A stretch of DNA of 64,000 nt from an uncultured Planctomycetales bacterium. Lineage in GTDB: Bacteria > Omnitrophota > Gorgyraeia > Gygaellales > Profunditerraquicolaceae. A program made the translations under genes and the position numbers. Below are positions 26,401 to 35,610 of the stretch, piece after piece. The first letter of the stretch is position 1. Each line of letters begins with the position of its first letter. The stretch is from contig CAYXSY010000005.1 in assembly GCA_964467905.1 (NCBI GenBank), forward strand, positions 9,800-73,799. The letters run 5' to 3'. Under the pieces are notes generated by a model. It saw nothing but the letters and a program-made list of their open reading frames with translations, was not told the DNA's origin and made no database searches.

Positions 26401-27141
26401 ATGAAATTTGCCTTAATTTTGCTTAGTACTTTTATCGTCAGCCTCATTTCGCTTATCGGCATATTTACTCTGGCGATAAAAGAAGATTTACTACAAAAAA
26501 TCCTTTTTTCTCTTGTTGGTTTCTCCGCCGGAGCTTTAATAGGCGGTGCCTTCCTGCATATTTTGCCTGAAGCCTTAAAAGAAACAAAAAGCGAAGCAGT
26601 ATTTTATTACCTAATTCTCGGTATTATTTTGTTTTTTCTCCTTGAGAGGTATTTCCATTGGCGGCATTGCCATGAAGGTAAATGCGATATACATGCTTTC
26701 ACTTATTTAAATCTGATAGGCGACGGATTCCACAACTTTATCGATGGGATGTTAATCGCGGTAAGTTTTGTTTCTTCGATAGGTTTGGGCATAGTGACTA
26801 CAACGGCGGTAATCCTTCATGAAATTCCTCAGGAGCTTGGTGATTTCGGAGTTCTTGTCTACGGCGGGTTCACTAAGAAGAAGGCGCTGTTTTATAACTT
26901 TCTTTCGGCTATATTAGCGGTAGTAGGGGCTGTAGCCGGGTATTTTATTTCTGATTTAGTTGCCGGGTTTTCGAATTTTATCCTGCCGCTTTCCGCCGGA
27001 GGATTTATTTATATTGCTGCTTCTGACCTTATCCCTGAGATACATAAGGAAAGCGATTTAAAACGTGCTACTGCAGCTTTCATAGCATTCTTATTAGGTA
27101 TTGCTTTTATGGCTGCTGCGCGCGTTTTCTTGGAAGTATAA
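26401..27141 (+). CDS. zupT: ZIP family zinc/divalent-metal transporter (ZupT-like)
   Basis: The ZIP signature HEIPQELGDFGVL is present, along with HNFIDG and a His/Cys-rich loop HWRHCHEGKCDIH. The start is taken at MKFALILL; the track's TTG at 26353 is less likely. Confidence 0.8.
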   Translation: MKFALILLSTFIVSLISLIGIFTLAIKEDLLQKILFSLVGFSAGALIGGAFLHILPEALKETKSEAVFYYLILGIILFFLLERYFHWRHCHEGKCDIHAFTYLNLIGDGFHNFIDGMLIAVSFVSSIGLGIVTTTAVILHEIPQELGDFGVLVYGGFTKKKALFYNFLSAILAVVGAVAGYFISDLVAGFSNFILPLSAGGFIYIAASDLIPEIHKESDLKRATAAFIAFLLGIAFMAAARVFLEV

Positions 27142-27202
27142 TTTTCATCGATCCCATCTTCTATAGTAACAAGTACGCCATTTATTAAAAACAAGGAATA
27201 AA

Positions 27203-27436
27203 ATGAAAAAGTTATCTTTGGTGCAGATGAAGGAAGGCCAAAAAGGCAAGATTATTGAGATAACCGGAGGAGTTAATTTGCGTAACCGGCTTATGAGTAT
27301 GGGCATGTATGAGGATAGGGAAGTTATTAAGTTGAGCCATTTTGCTTTGAAGGGGCCTGTGGCAGTGAAAGTAGGCAGGAGCGTATTCGCTATAGGTCAC
27401 AGTATGGCAGCAAAGATTATTCTGGAGTTAGAATGA
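27203..27436 (+). CDS. feoA: ferrous iron transport protein A
   Basis: A 77-aa SH3-like FeoA pattern (LVQMKEGQKGKIIEI...LRNRLMSMGMYEDREVIKL) lies upstream of feoB and overlaps it. Confidence 0.85.
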   Translation: MKKLSLVQMKEGQKGKIIEITGGVNLRNRLMSMGMYEDREVIKLSHFALKGPVAVKVGRSVFAIGHSMAAKIILELE

Positions 27437-29166
27437 TAAAACGTATTTTGCTTGTAGGTAACCCTAATGTTGGGAAATCGGCGGTTTTTTCGCGCTTAAC
27501 CGGCGTTCAGGTGATTACTTCAAATTATCCCGGTACAACCGTTGAGATAGCCAAGGGATTCTTAAAAATAAGAGAAGAGAAGATAGAGGTTATAGATTTA
27601 CCTGGGACATATTCTCTTGAGCCTAGCTCTCCTGCCGAGGAAGTGGCGGTACGCCTTTTAAAAGAATCCGGCAAGGATGATTCGGTAGTAATTAATGTCA
27701 TTGATGCTACTAATTTAGAAAGGAATCTTTTTTTAAGCCTGCAGCTTATTGAACAAGGATACCCTTTGATCTTATGCCTTAATATGTGTGATGATACCGT
27801 TCATCGCGGCATAGATATAAATATTCAAAAGTTGGAATCATTATTAGGTGTTCCGGTTATTCCTACTTGTGCGGTAACCGGAGTCGGTATAAAAATGCTG
27901 ATAGAGAAGATTAATTCTCCTAAAACTCAAGAAATTGTTGTTGATGCCGGACACCGTAAGCGTTGGGAGAAGATTGGAGAAATAGTTGAGCAGTCTCAAC
28001 ACCTTACTCACCGCCACCATAATTTACGCGAGATATTAGAAGATGCTTCAGTGCGCCCCTTAAGCGGGCTGTTTATGTCAGTAGTAATCATTTTTGCTTC
28101 TTTTAAGTTTGTGCGCTTCTTGGGCGAGTATCTTATAAACACTATATTCGATCCATTCTTTGCAAATCTTTACCAGCCGTTAGTCGAGAAATTGAGTAAT
28201 TTCTTAGGTAGGAGCGGTTTTTTGCACCATCTGCTTATCGGAGACTTTGTTCTGGGGAGTATAGATTTTAAACAGTCAATGGGGCTTTTGACTACTGCCC
28301 CGTATATCGAGTTTGCTATGGTTTTGCCGTATCTGTTTTCTTTTTATCTGGTTTTAAGCCTGCTTGAAGATGTAGGTTACCTACCGCGCTTAGCGATGCT
28401 TTTGGATAATATATTTCATCGTATAGGTTTGCATGGTTTTGCTGTTATCCCGGTTCTCTTGGGGTTCGGTTGCAATGTCCCGGGAATATTGGCTACGCGT
28501 AGCTTAGAATCAAAGAGAGAACGTTTTATCGCCTCGACTTTAATATCAATAGGTGTTCCGTGCGTGCCTCTTCAGGCAATGATATTCGGGCTCTTAGGCC
28601 AATTGGGAGGATTTTATGTAAGCGGAGTATATCTTACTCTTTTTTCAATAGTCATAATACTCGGTGTTATACTCAACAGAACGGTTAAAGGTTATAGCCC
28701 GGAGTTTCTGCTTGAAATCCCACCCTATAGAATACCGCCGCTTGATGCGCTCCTGAAGAAGATTTATATGCGTATAAAAGGTTTTATTGTTGAGGCTGTC
28801 CCCGTTGTTTTATTGGGTGTTTTTATAATAAATATAATGATATATTTTAAAGTTTTTGATCTGGTCACTACTTTGACCAGCCCGATTATTACCGGTTTAT
28901 TCGGGCTCCCGAAAGAGGCAGTAGTTGCTTTGGCCATAGGTTTTTTAAGAAAAGATATAGCAGTAGGTATGCTTGTGCCCTTAGGGATGACTGCCAAGCA
29001 GCTCTTTATTTCTACAACACTTCTGGCAATTTCTTTCCCCTGCATAGCCACTTTTGTTATCCTTTCCAAAGAGCTGGGCCTAAAAGACCTGCTTAAGGCA
29101 ATAGCAATAATGACTTTTATAAGCTTGATAGTCGGCGTTTTGCTTAATTTTTGTATAGTAAGATAA
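27433..29166 (+). CDS. feoB: ferrous iron transporter B
   Basis: An N-terminal G-domain (VGNPNVGKSAVFSRLTG, DLPGTYSL, NMCD) is followed by a polytopic membrane domain. Confidence 0.9.
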   Translation: MIKRILLVGNPNVGKSAVFSRLTGVQVITSNYPGTTVEIAKGFLKIREEKIEVIDLPGTYSLEPSSPAEEVAVRLLKESGKDDSVVINVIDATNLERNLFLSLQLIEQGYPLILCLNMCDDTVHRGIDINIQKLESLLGVPVIPTCAVTGVGIKMLIEKINSPKTQEIVVDAGHRKRWEKIGEIVEQSQHLTHRHHNLREILEDASVRPLSGLFMSVVIIFASFKFVRFLGEYLINTIFDPFFANLYQPLVEKLSNFLGRSGFLHHLLIGDFVLGSIDFKQSMGLLTTAPYIEFAMVLPYLFSFYLVLSLLEDVGYLPRLAMLLDNIFHRIGLHGFAVIPVLLGFGCNVPGILATRSLESKRERFIASTLISIGVPCVPLQAMIFGLLGQLGGFYVSGVYLTLFSIVIILGVILNRTVKGYSPEFLLEIPPYRIPPLDALLKKIYMRIKGFIVEAVPVVLLGVFIINIMIYFKVFDLVTTLTSPIITGLFGLPKEAVVALAIGFLRKDIAVGMLVPLGMTAKQLFISTTLLAISFPCIATFVILSKELGLKDLLKAIAIMTFISLIVGVLLNFCIVR

Positions 29167-29223
29167 TGCTATATGCAGATTATAGTCTATGGTAGCGGAA
29201 CTAGGACATTGAGGTTTTAGTAT

Positions 29224-30216
29224 ATGAAAGCGATAGCTTTGGTTTCCGGAGGGTTGGATAGCGTGTTAGCGGCTTATGTAATGCATAGCCAGAACATAGA
29301 AGTAATCCCAGTTTATTTTCGTATCCCATTTTGCCATGTCTCCAAAAGTGATCCCAATGTCAGCGTTAACAATGTCCGGTCGCTAATCTCCCAGATTGGC
29401 CTAAAGTTAGATGTAGTTGATATATCTTCTGATTTTTTGAGGTTAATAAATTCTCCCACTCATGGCTTTGGCTCTAATATGAATCCTTGTATCGATTGCA
29501 AGATTCTCATGCTCAAGAAAGCAAAGTCTATTATGTCTGATTTCGGCGCCTTTTTTGTAATCACAGGTGAAGTTCTGGGGCAGCGTCCGATGTCGCAAAA
29601 TAAAAGTTCCCTGCGCCTGATTGAAGAAGAGTCTGGTTTGGAAGGATTGCTTGTTCGTCCGCTTTCGGGGAAACTCATGCCTGCTACTATTCCTGAAGAG
29701 AAGGGATGGATAAGAAGGGAAGCGCTACTTAGCATGTCCGGGCGTTCCCGTAAGCCGCAGATTGAATTGGCAAAAAAGATAGGGCTAAACGGATATCCTA
29801 ATCCTGCAGGGGGATGCCTTTTGACTGATCCTGAATTTTCAAAGCGCCTCAAAGAGCTCATTAGAAATGATGATATGAATTTAGAAAATGTCCAACTGCT
29901 TAAATTTGGCAGGCATTTCAGGTTAAGACATGGGACAAAAATAATCGTAGGGCGCGATGAAAGGGAGAGTAATTTGCTTATCTCTTTAGCCAGGCCGGGG
30001 GATTATTTATTTATGCCTCCGGAAGATGTGGCCGGGCCGACTTGTATAGGCAGGGGCTTATTTGATGAGGGTTTGTTAAATACTGCTTTAGGCATTGCTT
30101 CTTATTATTGTGACGATAAGAAAGAAGTCGTATGCAGGAGGTTTGATGAGAATCAAACAAGAGTTTTGCAGGTAGCGCCATTGGATAAGAATGAAATTAT
30201 CCGCTTAAGGATATAA
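29224..30216 (+). CDS. PP-loop ATP pyrophosphatase, ThiI/TtuA-like putative Fe-S-dependent sulfurtransferase (no THUMP domain)
   Basis: The PP-loop is ALVSGGLDSVLAA. The block ITGEVLGQRPMSQ resembles ThiI. Three conserved-looking Cys residues are present (NPCIDCK ... GGCLLTDP). There is a ~120-aa C-terminal extension I do not recognise. Confidence 0.5.
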   Translation: MKAIALVSGGLDSVLAAYVMHSQNIEVIPVYFRIPFCHVSKSDPNVSVNNVRSLISQIGLKLDVVDISSDFLRLINSPTHGFGSNMNPCIDCKILMLKKAKSIMSDFGAFFVITGEVLGQRPMSQNKSSLRLIEEESGLEGLLVRPLSGKLMPATIPEEKGWIRREALLSMSGRSRKPQIELAKKIGLNGYPNPAGGCLLTDPEFSKRLKELIRNDDMNLENVQLLKFGRHFRLRHGTKIIVGRDERESNLLISLARPGDYLFMPPEDVAGPTCIGRGLFDEGLLNTALGIASYYCDDKKEVVCRRFDENQTRVLQVAPLDKNEIIRLRI

Positions 30217-30267
30217 GAATATCTTTTGCAGTTGCACGGTGTTTTTAAGCACGGCAAGGAGAATTGC

Positions 30268-31275
30268 ATGAAAGAGGCCTTGTTGTATAAGAAATTAGAC
30301 GATAAGAAGGTCCAGTGTTATCTTTGCGTCCATAATTGCATTATTAAAGATAATGAGTTTGGTTTTTGCGCGGTAAGGCAGAATAGGGGTGGAGTTCTTT
30401 ATACTTATACTTACGGAAAGTTAGTTGCTGCGCAAATTGACCCTATCGAGAAAAAACCGCTGTATCATTTTCTCCCCGGCTCAAAGAGTTTCTCCATAGC
30501 TACCTTGGGCTGTAATTTCCGTTGTGGATTTTGTCAGAACTGGCAGATATCGCAGGCTGACTTCAAGCAAGTCAATGCCTCTATGGGTGAAGACTACAGC
30601 CCTGCACAGATAGTTGATGCTGCCGTAAAAAGTAAATGCAAGAGCATCTCTTATACTTATACCGAGCCGACCATATTTTTTGAGCTGGCCTTAGATACTG
30701 CAAAAATTGCAAAAAATAAAGGTTTGAACAATGTCTTTGTTACAAATGGTTTTATGAGCAGCGAATGCCTCCAGATGATAGCGCCTTATCTGGATGCGGC
30801 AAATGTAGACCTGAAGTTTTTTAATGATGAGTCTTATAAGAAAATTTGTTCAGGCAGGCTTTCTGCGGTGTTAGACTCAATACGCCTTATGCATAAGTTA
30901 GGTATTTGGGTCGAGTTGACCACTTTAGTAATTCCGGGAGAAAACGATTCTCAACAGGAGCTCGATGGCATAGCCGGTTTTATATCAGAAGTCGATAAAA
31001 ATATACCCTGGCATATATCCCGTTTTCATCCTGACTATAAATTCAGGCAAAAAACATCTACGCCCGAATATATTATCAAAATAGCCCAAGATCTTGGCCG
31101 CAAACGTAAATTAAATTATGTCTATGCCGGCAACGTTACCGGTTGGGGGGCTGATACGTATTGCCCGAAATGTAGTAAGCTTTTAATCGGCAGGGATGGT
31201 TTTTCTGTAGCCAGCAACAATATAAAAGACGGTAAATGCGGATTCTGTTCTTATTCTATAGCGGGAAGGTTTTAG
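30268..31275 (+). CDS. AmmeMemoRadiSam-system-type radical SAM enzyme (AmrS; PFL-activase-like)
   Basis: The radical SAM motif CNFRCGFCQNW is present, with an N-terminal Cys cluster CYLCVHNCIIKDNEFGFC and a C-terminal CPKC...CGFC ribbon. An AAGGAG RBS precedes the ATG at 30268. Confidence 0.75.
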   Translation: MKEALLYKKLDDKKVQCYLCVHNCIIKDNEFGFCAVRQNRGGVLYTYTYGKLVAAQIDPIEKKPLYHFLPGSKSFSIATLGCNFRCGFCQNWQISQADFKQVNASMGEDYSPAQIVDAAVKSKCKSISYTYTEPTIFFELALDTAKIAKNKGLNNVFVTNGFMSSECLQMIAPYLDAANVDLKFFNDESYKKICSGRLSAVLDSIRLMHKLGIWVELTTLVIPGENDSQQELDGIAGFISEVDKNIPWHISRFHPDYKFRQKTSTPEYIIKIAQDLGRKRKLNYVYAGNVTGWGADTYCPKCSKLLIGRDGFSVASNNIKDGKCGFCSYSIAGRF

Positions 31276-31297
31276 TTTTAGGGTAGTTCGTTTGGCA

Positions 31298-31326
31298 TTG
31301 ACATTTTAACCGTGCGGCTTTATATT
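31298..31326 (+). promoter_or_regulatory. sigma70-type promoter TTGACA-N17-TATATT
   Basis: ttgaca lies at 31298-31303 and tatatt at 31321-31326. The ORF-track TTG start (31325) lies inside the -10 element. Confidence 0.6.
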
Positions 31327-31363
31327 GTTTTTACAAGACACCGTAAGAATATATATTAATTAT

Positions 31364-31972
31364 ATGAATTGTCTTAAAGCATTGCTTATCGTTGATTTAC
31401 AGAATGATTTTTGCCCGAAAGGTGCATTGGGGGTGTCTGGGGGCGATACGATCGTGCCGGTTGTCAATAAGTACATAGAAGAATTCTCCAAGCTTTCTTT
31501 GCCGGTATTCGCTACAAGGGACTGGCACCCCAAAGAAACAAAACATTTTAAAGAATTCGGCGGGAAGTGGCCGGCGCACTGTATACAAAATACCCCGGGT
31601 TCAGAGTTTCATCCAGATTTAAAGCTACCCAAGGACGCAATTTTATTGTATAAAGGCATGGATTCTGGTCAAGATGATTATTCCTCTTTTTCTGCTCGCA
31701 ATGATAAAGGTACGACACTGGGAGTTTTATTGAGAGAGCTGAAGATAGAGGAACTTTATATAGCCGGGCTTGCTACTGATTATTGTGTAAAATATACCGG
31801 TTTGGATGCTTTAGGAGCAGGATTAAAAGTTAGAATATTGGTTGATGCAGTTAGGGGGGTCAATTTAAAAACAGACGATTCCAGGGAAGCTCTTAGGCTT
31901 CTTGCCGATTCAGGAGCGCAGCTGGTTGATTTTAAGAAAACACAGGAGGAATTATGCAGCTTGACGACATAA
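31364..31972 (+). CDS. pncA: nicotinamidase/pyrazinamidase (isochorismatase family)
   Basis: The motif [18 protein letters not shown], a metal site (TRDWHP...H) and the catalytic Cys context [11 protein letters not shown] are present. Confidence 0.85.
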   Translation: MNCLKALLIVDLQNDFCPKGALGVSGGDTIVPVVNKYIEEFSKLSLPVFATRDWHPKETKHFKEFGGKWPAHCIQNTPGSEFHPDLKLPKDAILLYKGMDSGQDDYSSFSARNDKGTTLGVLLRELKIEELYIAGLATDYCVKYTGLDALGAGLKVRILVDAVRGVNLKTDDSREALRLLADSGAQLVDFKKTQEELCSLTT

Positions 31973-32727
31973 AGATTTCTAAAGCGATAATTGAGTCTTA
32001 CAATAAAAAATTAATAGACGCCCTGGATGTTGATGTGGCTATAGTCGGGGCCGGCCCTGCAGGCATGGTTTGTGCTTATTATCTTGCCAAAAATAAAGTC
32101 AAGGTAGTTATATTTGAAAGAAAACTATCTGTCGGAGGCGGAATGTGGGGCGGGGGCATCATGTTTAATGAGATTGTGGTTCAGGATAAGGCCAAGACTA
32201 TACTTGATGAATTTTCGGTAAGGACCAGGTTGTATGAGCCCGGATATTATTTAGCTGATTCAATTGAGTCGGTATCTACTATTTGTTCTAAGGCAGTAAA
32301 GGCGGGAGCTAAAGTTTTTAATCTCTTAAGTGCTGAAGACGTCATGATTAGAAAGAACCGGATAAGCGGGTTAGTTTTAAACTGGACGGCAGTTGAGATG
32401 GCGCGCTTGCACGTCGATCCTATTACTATGCAGGCAAAGTTTGTAGTGGATGCTACCGGTCATGATTCGGAGGTTGTAAAAATCGCCGAAAGAAAATCCG
32501 GTTTAAAGTTAAAGACAAAAACCGGAAGATTAGTGGGGGAGCAGTCAATGTGGGCGCAGGTAGGTGAGGAAACAATAGTGCGTAATTCCAAGGAAGTCGC
32601 TCCCGGGCTTTATACCTGCGGGATGTGCTCTAATGCCGTATTCGGCGGGCCGCGTATGGGCCCGGTTTTCGGCGGGATGCTTCTTTCAGGCAAAAAGATA
32701 GCTGCTGATTTATTAAAAAGGCTCTAA
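31954..32727 (+). CDS. thi4: thiazole synthase Thi4 family (sulfide-dependent type, no active-site Cys)
   Basis: The FAD/NAD fold is [18 protein letters not shown]. The motifs [19 protein letters not shown] and [15 protein letters not shown] are present. A strong RBS (aggagg) precedes the start, and the gene overlaps pncA by 19 nt. Confidence 0.85.
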   Translation: MQLDDIKISKAIIESYNKKLIDALDVDVAIVGAGPAGMVCAYYLAKNKVKVVIFERKLSVGGGMWGGGIMFNEIVVQDKAKTILDEFSVRTRLYEPGYYLADSIESVSTICSKAVKAGAKVFNLLSAEDVMIRKNRISGLVLNWTAVEMARLHVDPITMQAKFVVDATGHDSEVVKIAERKSGLKLKTKTGRLVGEQSMWAQVGEETIVRNSKEVAPGLYTCGMCSNAVFGGPRMGPVFGGMLLSGKKIAADLLKRL

Positions 32728-32730
32728 ATT

Positions 32731-33999
32731 ATGGAACCAAAAATTACGTCTCTTTTAATATTTATCTTTGCCTATATATTGTTTGTTTTCTTGCCGCACA
32801 GAAGGACCATTGTAGCGGTAGTCGGGTCAATACTGCTTTTGGCATCAGGCACGCTTTCTTTTAGCGATGCGCTATATGCTATTAACTGGAATGTAATGGG
32901 TATTTTTGTAGGGACTCTGGTAGTTGCCAATATATTTATGGAAAGCCGGGTTCCTGCCTATGTTGCTGAAATTATCGTTAATAAGGCTAAGAATACTTCT
33001 TGGGCCATACTTTTTATCTGCATTTTAACCGGATTCATATCCGCCTTTGTAGAGAATGTGGCTACGGTTCTAATCGTTGCTCCGATCGCTCTGTCCTTAG
33101 CCAGAAAATTAAAGATAAACCCGATGAATATGATGATTGCAATTGCTATCTCAAGCAACCTGCAGGGGGCGGCTACTTTGATAGGCGATCCGCCGAGCAT
33201 GCTTTTGGGCGGTTTTGCTAAAATGAACTTTATGGATTTCTTTTTTTATAAAGGCAAAATGAGCATATTTTTTGCTGTTGAAATAGGGGCCGTAGCTTCA
33301 TTTTTTATTCTTTACTATATATTTCGTAAACATAAAGAGAAAGTAAGCGTTGTCTCTGTTGAGAAGATAAAATCATGGGTGCCGACATTAATTTTAGTTA
33401 CACTTATTATAGCTTTAGCTTTGACTTCATTTCTTGACACGGGGTTTTCCTATATGGCAGGCCTCTTGTGTATGATTTTTGCCGTTGTTTCAATGTTGTG
33501 GGAAAAGTTCATTAATAAGACGCCGATATTCGATGGCATAAAGGCTTTGGACTGGGATACTACTTTTTTCCTGATGGGGGTTTTTATATTAGTCGGCAGC
33601 ATTACGCATGCCGGCTGGATTGATGATTTTGCGGTATTTCTTTCATCGCTCATAGGCACTAATATATTCTTAGGTTATACGCTGCTTGTATTTTTAGCAG
33701 TTTTACTTTCGGCGTTCGTAGATAATGTGCCTTTTTTGGCAGCGATGCTTCCGGTTGCCATATCTATGTCGGATAAACTGCAGATCAGCCCTTCATTATT
33801 TCTGTTTGGTTTGCTTATTGGTGCAAGTTTAGGCGGTAATATTACGCCTATTGGCGCATCCGCAAATATTGTTGCCTGCGGGTTGCTAAAAAAAGAGGGG
33901 ATTACGGTAAGATTCAGGGATTTTATGAAAATCGGGATTCCTTTTACTTTGGCTGCTGTCTTAAGCGCATATTTATTTGTTTGGTTAGTCTGGAAATAG
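32731..33999 (+). CDS. ArsB/NhaD (SLC13-like) family permease, second paralogue
   Basis: A polytopic 422-aa protein with the family-like segments SSNLQGAATLIGDPPSMLL and GGNITPIGASANIVACG. Confidence 0.7.
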   Translation: MEPKITSLLIFIFAYILFVFLPHRRTIVAVVGSILLLASGTLSFSDALYAINWNVMGIFVGTLVVANIFMESRVPAYVAEIIVNKAKNTSWAILFICILTGFISAFVENVATVLIVAPIALSLARKLKINPMNMMIAIAISSNLQGAATLIGDPPSMLLGGFAKMNFMDFFFYKGKMSIFFAVEIGAVASFFILYYIFRKHKEKVSVVSVEKIKSWVPTLILVTLIIALALTSFLDTGFSYMAGLLCMIFAVVSMLWEKFINKTPIFDGIKALDWDTTFFLMGVFILVGSITHAGWIDDFAVFLSSLIGTNIFLGYTLLVFLAVLLSAFVDNVPFLAAMLPVAISMSDKLQISPSLFLFGLLIGASLGGNITPIGASANIVACGLLKKEGITVRFRDFMKIGIPFTLAAVLSAYLFVWLVWK

Positions 34000-34009
34000 A
34001 ATTTATTCT

Positions 34010-35167
34010 ATGGCTAAAGATCCTATTTGCGGCATGGCGGTTTCAGAAAAATCGGCCATTAGGGTTACCAGTGATGGCCGGGATTATTTCTTTTGTTCCG
34101 CGCATTGCAAAGATAAATTCCTCAAGGAAAATTCCTTAAGCGAGCAGGCAGTTTGTTATCCCGCAAAAAAAGAGCCCATCTTTAGAAACAAATCCTTTAT
34201 AATTGCCTCTATAATTATAATTATTATTTTTTTATCCTATTTTTTACCAGTTTTGTTGCCTCTAAGAAGTTCTTTATTGAATTATATCAAGGCGATTTGG
34301 TGGGCGGTATTATTCGGGCTAATTTTAGGCGGAGTAATTGATTACTATGTACCAAGAGAATATATTTCCAAGACTCTTGCTAAAAGGAATCCGAAAACTA
34401 TATTGAATGCCGTATTCTTAGGTTTTTTGATGAGTGCCTGCAGTCACGGAATACTTGCTCTTTCTATCCAGCTTCATAAGAAGGGTGCTTCAGGGCCTGC
34501 GGTAGTGAGTTTTCTCTTAGCCAGCCCATGGGCGAATATGGCAGTAACGATGATGTTATTGAGTCTGTTTGGCCTTAGGGGATTATTAATTATTCTTATG
34601 GCTATAATTATCGCGATAAATACCGGGTTTATTTTCATGCTTCTTGAGAAGAAGGGTTTGATTGAGAGAAATAAGCATATCGTAGATGTGCCTGATAGTT
34701 TTTCTATACGTCAAGATATGAAAAAACGTCTCAGGGAATATAAATTTAACCTGAAATCCGATTTTTTGGGTGTGTATAGAGGAATAGTTTCGCTTTCTAA
34801 TATGGTTTTGTGGTGGATTATGCTCGGGGTTTTGTTTGCCAGTATCGCCGGTTCTTACATACCGGTGCATTTCTTCCACCAATATATGGGTCCGACCATC
34901 TTCGGCCTTTTAATTACTTTAGCGCTGGCAACAGTTATCGAAGTTTGTTCTGAAGGCTCATCACCTCTATCATTTGAGATCTATCGGCAAACAGGGGCAT
35001 TAGGCAACAGTTTTGTTTTTTTGATGGCGGGCGTAGTTACTGACTATACGGAAATAGGCCTGCTTTGGACAAACGTAGGCAGGCGTACTGCTTTATGGCT
35101 GCCCGTTATAACTGTGCCACAGGTTGTGTTATTCGGCTACTTGATGAACCTGATTATAAGTCATTAA
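34010..35167 (+). CDS. predicted permease (ArsP/DUF318-like) with an N-terminal YHS/TRASH metal-binding domain
   Basis: The N-terminus DPICGMAVSEKSAIRVTSDGRDYFFCSAHCKDKF is a YHS/TRASH-type domain. The remainder is a polytopic permease with the motif VIEVCSEGSSPL. Confidence 0.65.
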   Translation: MAKDPICGMAVSEKSAIRVTSDGRDYFFCSAHCKDKFLKENSLSEQAVCYPAKKEPIFRNKSFIIASIIIIIIFLSYFLPVLLPLRSSLLNYIKAIWWAVLFGLILGGVIDYYVPREYISKTLAKRNPKTILNAVFLGFLMSACSHGILALSIQLHKKGASGPAVVSFLLASPWANMAVTMMLLSLFGLRGLLIILMAIIIAINTGFIFMLLEKKGLIERNKHIVDVPDSFSIRQDMKKRLREYKFNLKSDFLGVYRGIVSLSNMVLWWIMLGVLFASIAGSYIPVHFFHQYMGPTIFGLLITLALATVIEVCSEGSSPLSFEIYRQTGALGNSFVFLMAGVVTDYTEIGLLWTNVGRRTALWLPVITVPQVVLFGYLMNLIISH

Positions 35168-35172
35168 GGTTT

Positions 35173-35300
35173 ATCCCGCCTTTTCGAAATAACGAAAACA
35201 AAAATCTGTTTAAATGCTTATCACCCAGAAAAGGCGGGATTAATTCGCAGACGTCCGCCTTAGGCGGACTATAATTTACGTCAACTAACGTTGACATAAA
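35173..35300 (+). other. three consecutive hairpins following the permease gene (possible terminator or processing region)
   Basis: A 13-bp stem pairs atcccgccttttc (35173-35185) with gaaaaggcgggat (35228-35240). A second hairpin pairs gtccgcc with ggcggac (35253-35269). A third pairs gtcaac with gttgac around taac. None has a clear T-tract. Confidence 0.4.
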
Positions 35301-35324
35301 TTATCTGCTCATTAAATTTTTTTC

Positions 35325-35352
35325 TTGACAAATGATACTATTATGGTATCAT
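35325..35352 (+). promoter_or_regulatory. candidate promoter TTGACA-N16-TATCAT with an embedded palindrome (atgatac-N7-gtatcat)
   Basis: ttgaca lies at 35325-35330 and tatcat at 35347-35352. The spacer and -10 region form an inverted repeat, a possible operator. A second TTGACA-N16-TAAATT lies at 35291-35318. Confidence 0.45.
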
Positions 35353-35412
35353 TCTAAATAGGAACACAACTTAGCGCTTAGTAAGTTATGCGCTCATTGA
35401 AGGGGGGTGAAT

Positions 35413-35496
35413 ATGGATATAACCATCAGATATATGCTGCGTCCCGTAGCCCATTGCAAAGAAGGCTGCAGTAGCCAGTCCTGGGCACGACATTAA
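35413..35496 (+). CDS. 27-aa small ORF in the hcp-operon leader (MDITIRYMLRPVAHCKEGCSSQSWARH)
   Basis: A very strong SD (aagggggg, G6 at 35402-35407) lies 5 nt before the ATG. A hairpin (aaacccc/ggggttt) begins within the stop codon. The ORF is below the track cutoff. Confidence 0.35.
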   Translation: MDITIRYMLRPVAHCKEGCSSQSWARH

Positions 35497-35574
35497 ACCC
35501 CGCTATAAAAGGGGTTTACTTCGGCATGAAAGGTATTTATAACGGGGTAAACTGCCCACAATTATTTATAAATT

Positions 35575-35610
35575 TATCGGTAGCGGATAAGAGATTGTCC
35601 GCTACCGATA
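35575..35610. promoter_or_regulatory. perfect 13-bp inverted repeat just upstream of the Rrf2 gene's SD (candidate operator or RNA hairpin)
   Basis: tatcggtagcgga (35575-35587) pairs with tccgctaccgata (35598-35610) across a 10-nt loop. The SD aggagg lies at 35614-35619. Confidence 0.5.

Noticed and set aside
31325-31363. Track start codons at 31325 (pncA), 53448 (csoR), 50607 (thi4-2), 3919 (bamD) and 49705 (GDT1)
   Set aside because: Each lies inside a predicted -10 element, promoter spacer or riboswitch leader. Each is also followed by an internal ATG with a better RBS or signal peptide, and the features were re-coordinated accordingly.
35065-35274. A 69-aa plus-strand ORF running from the end of the YHS-permease gene into the hairpin region
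   Set aside because: It overlaps the permease coding frame and then reads through the three hairpins. It has no RBS and a low-complexity sequence.
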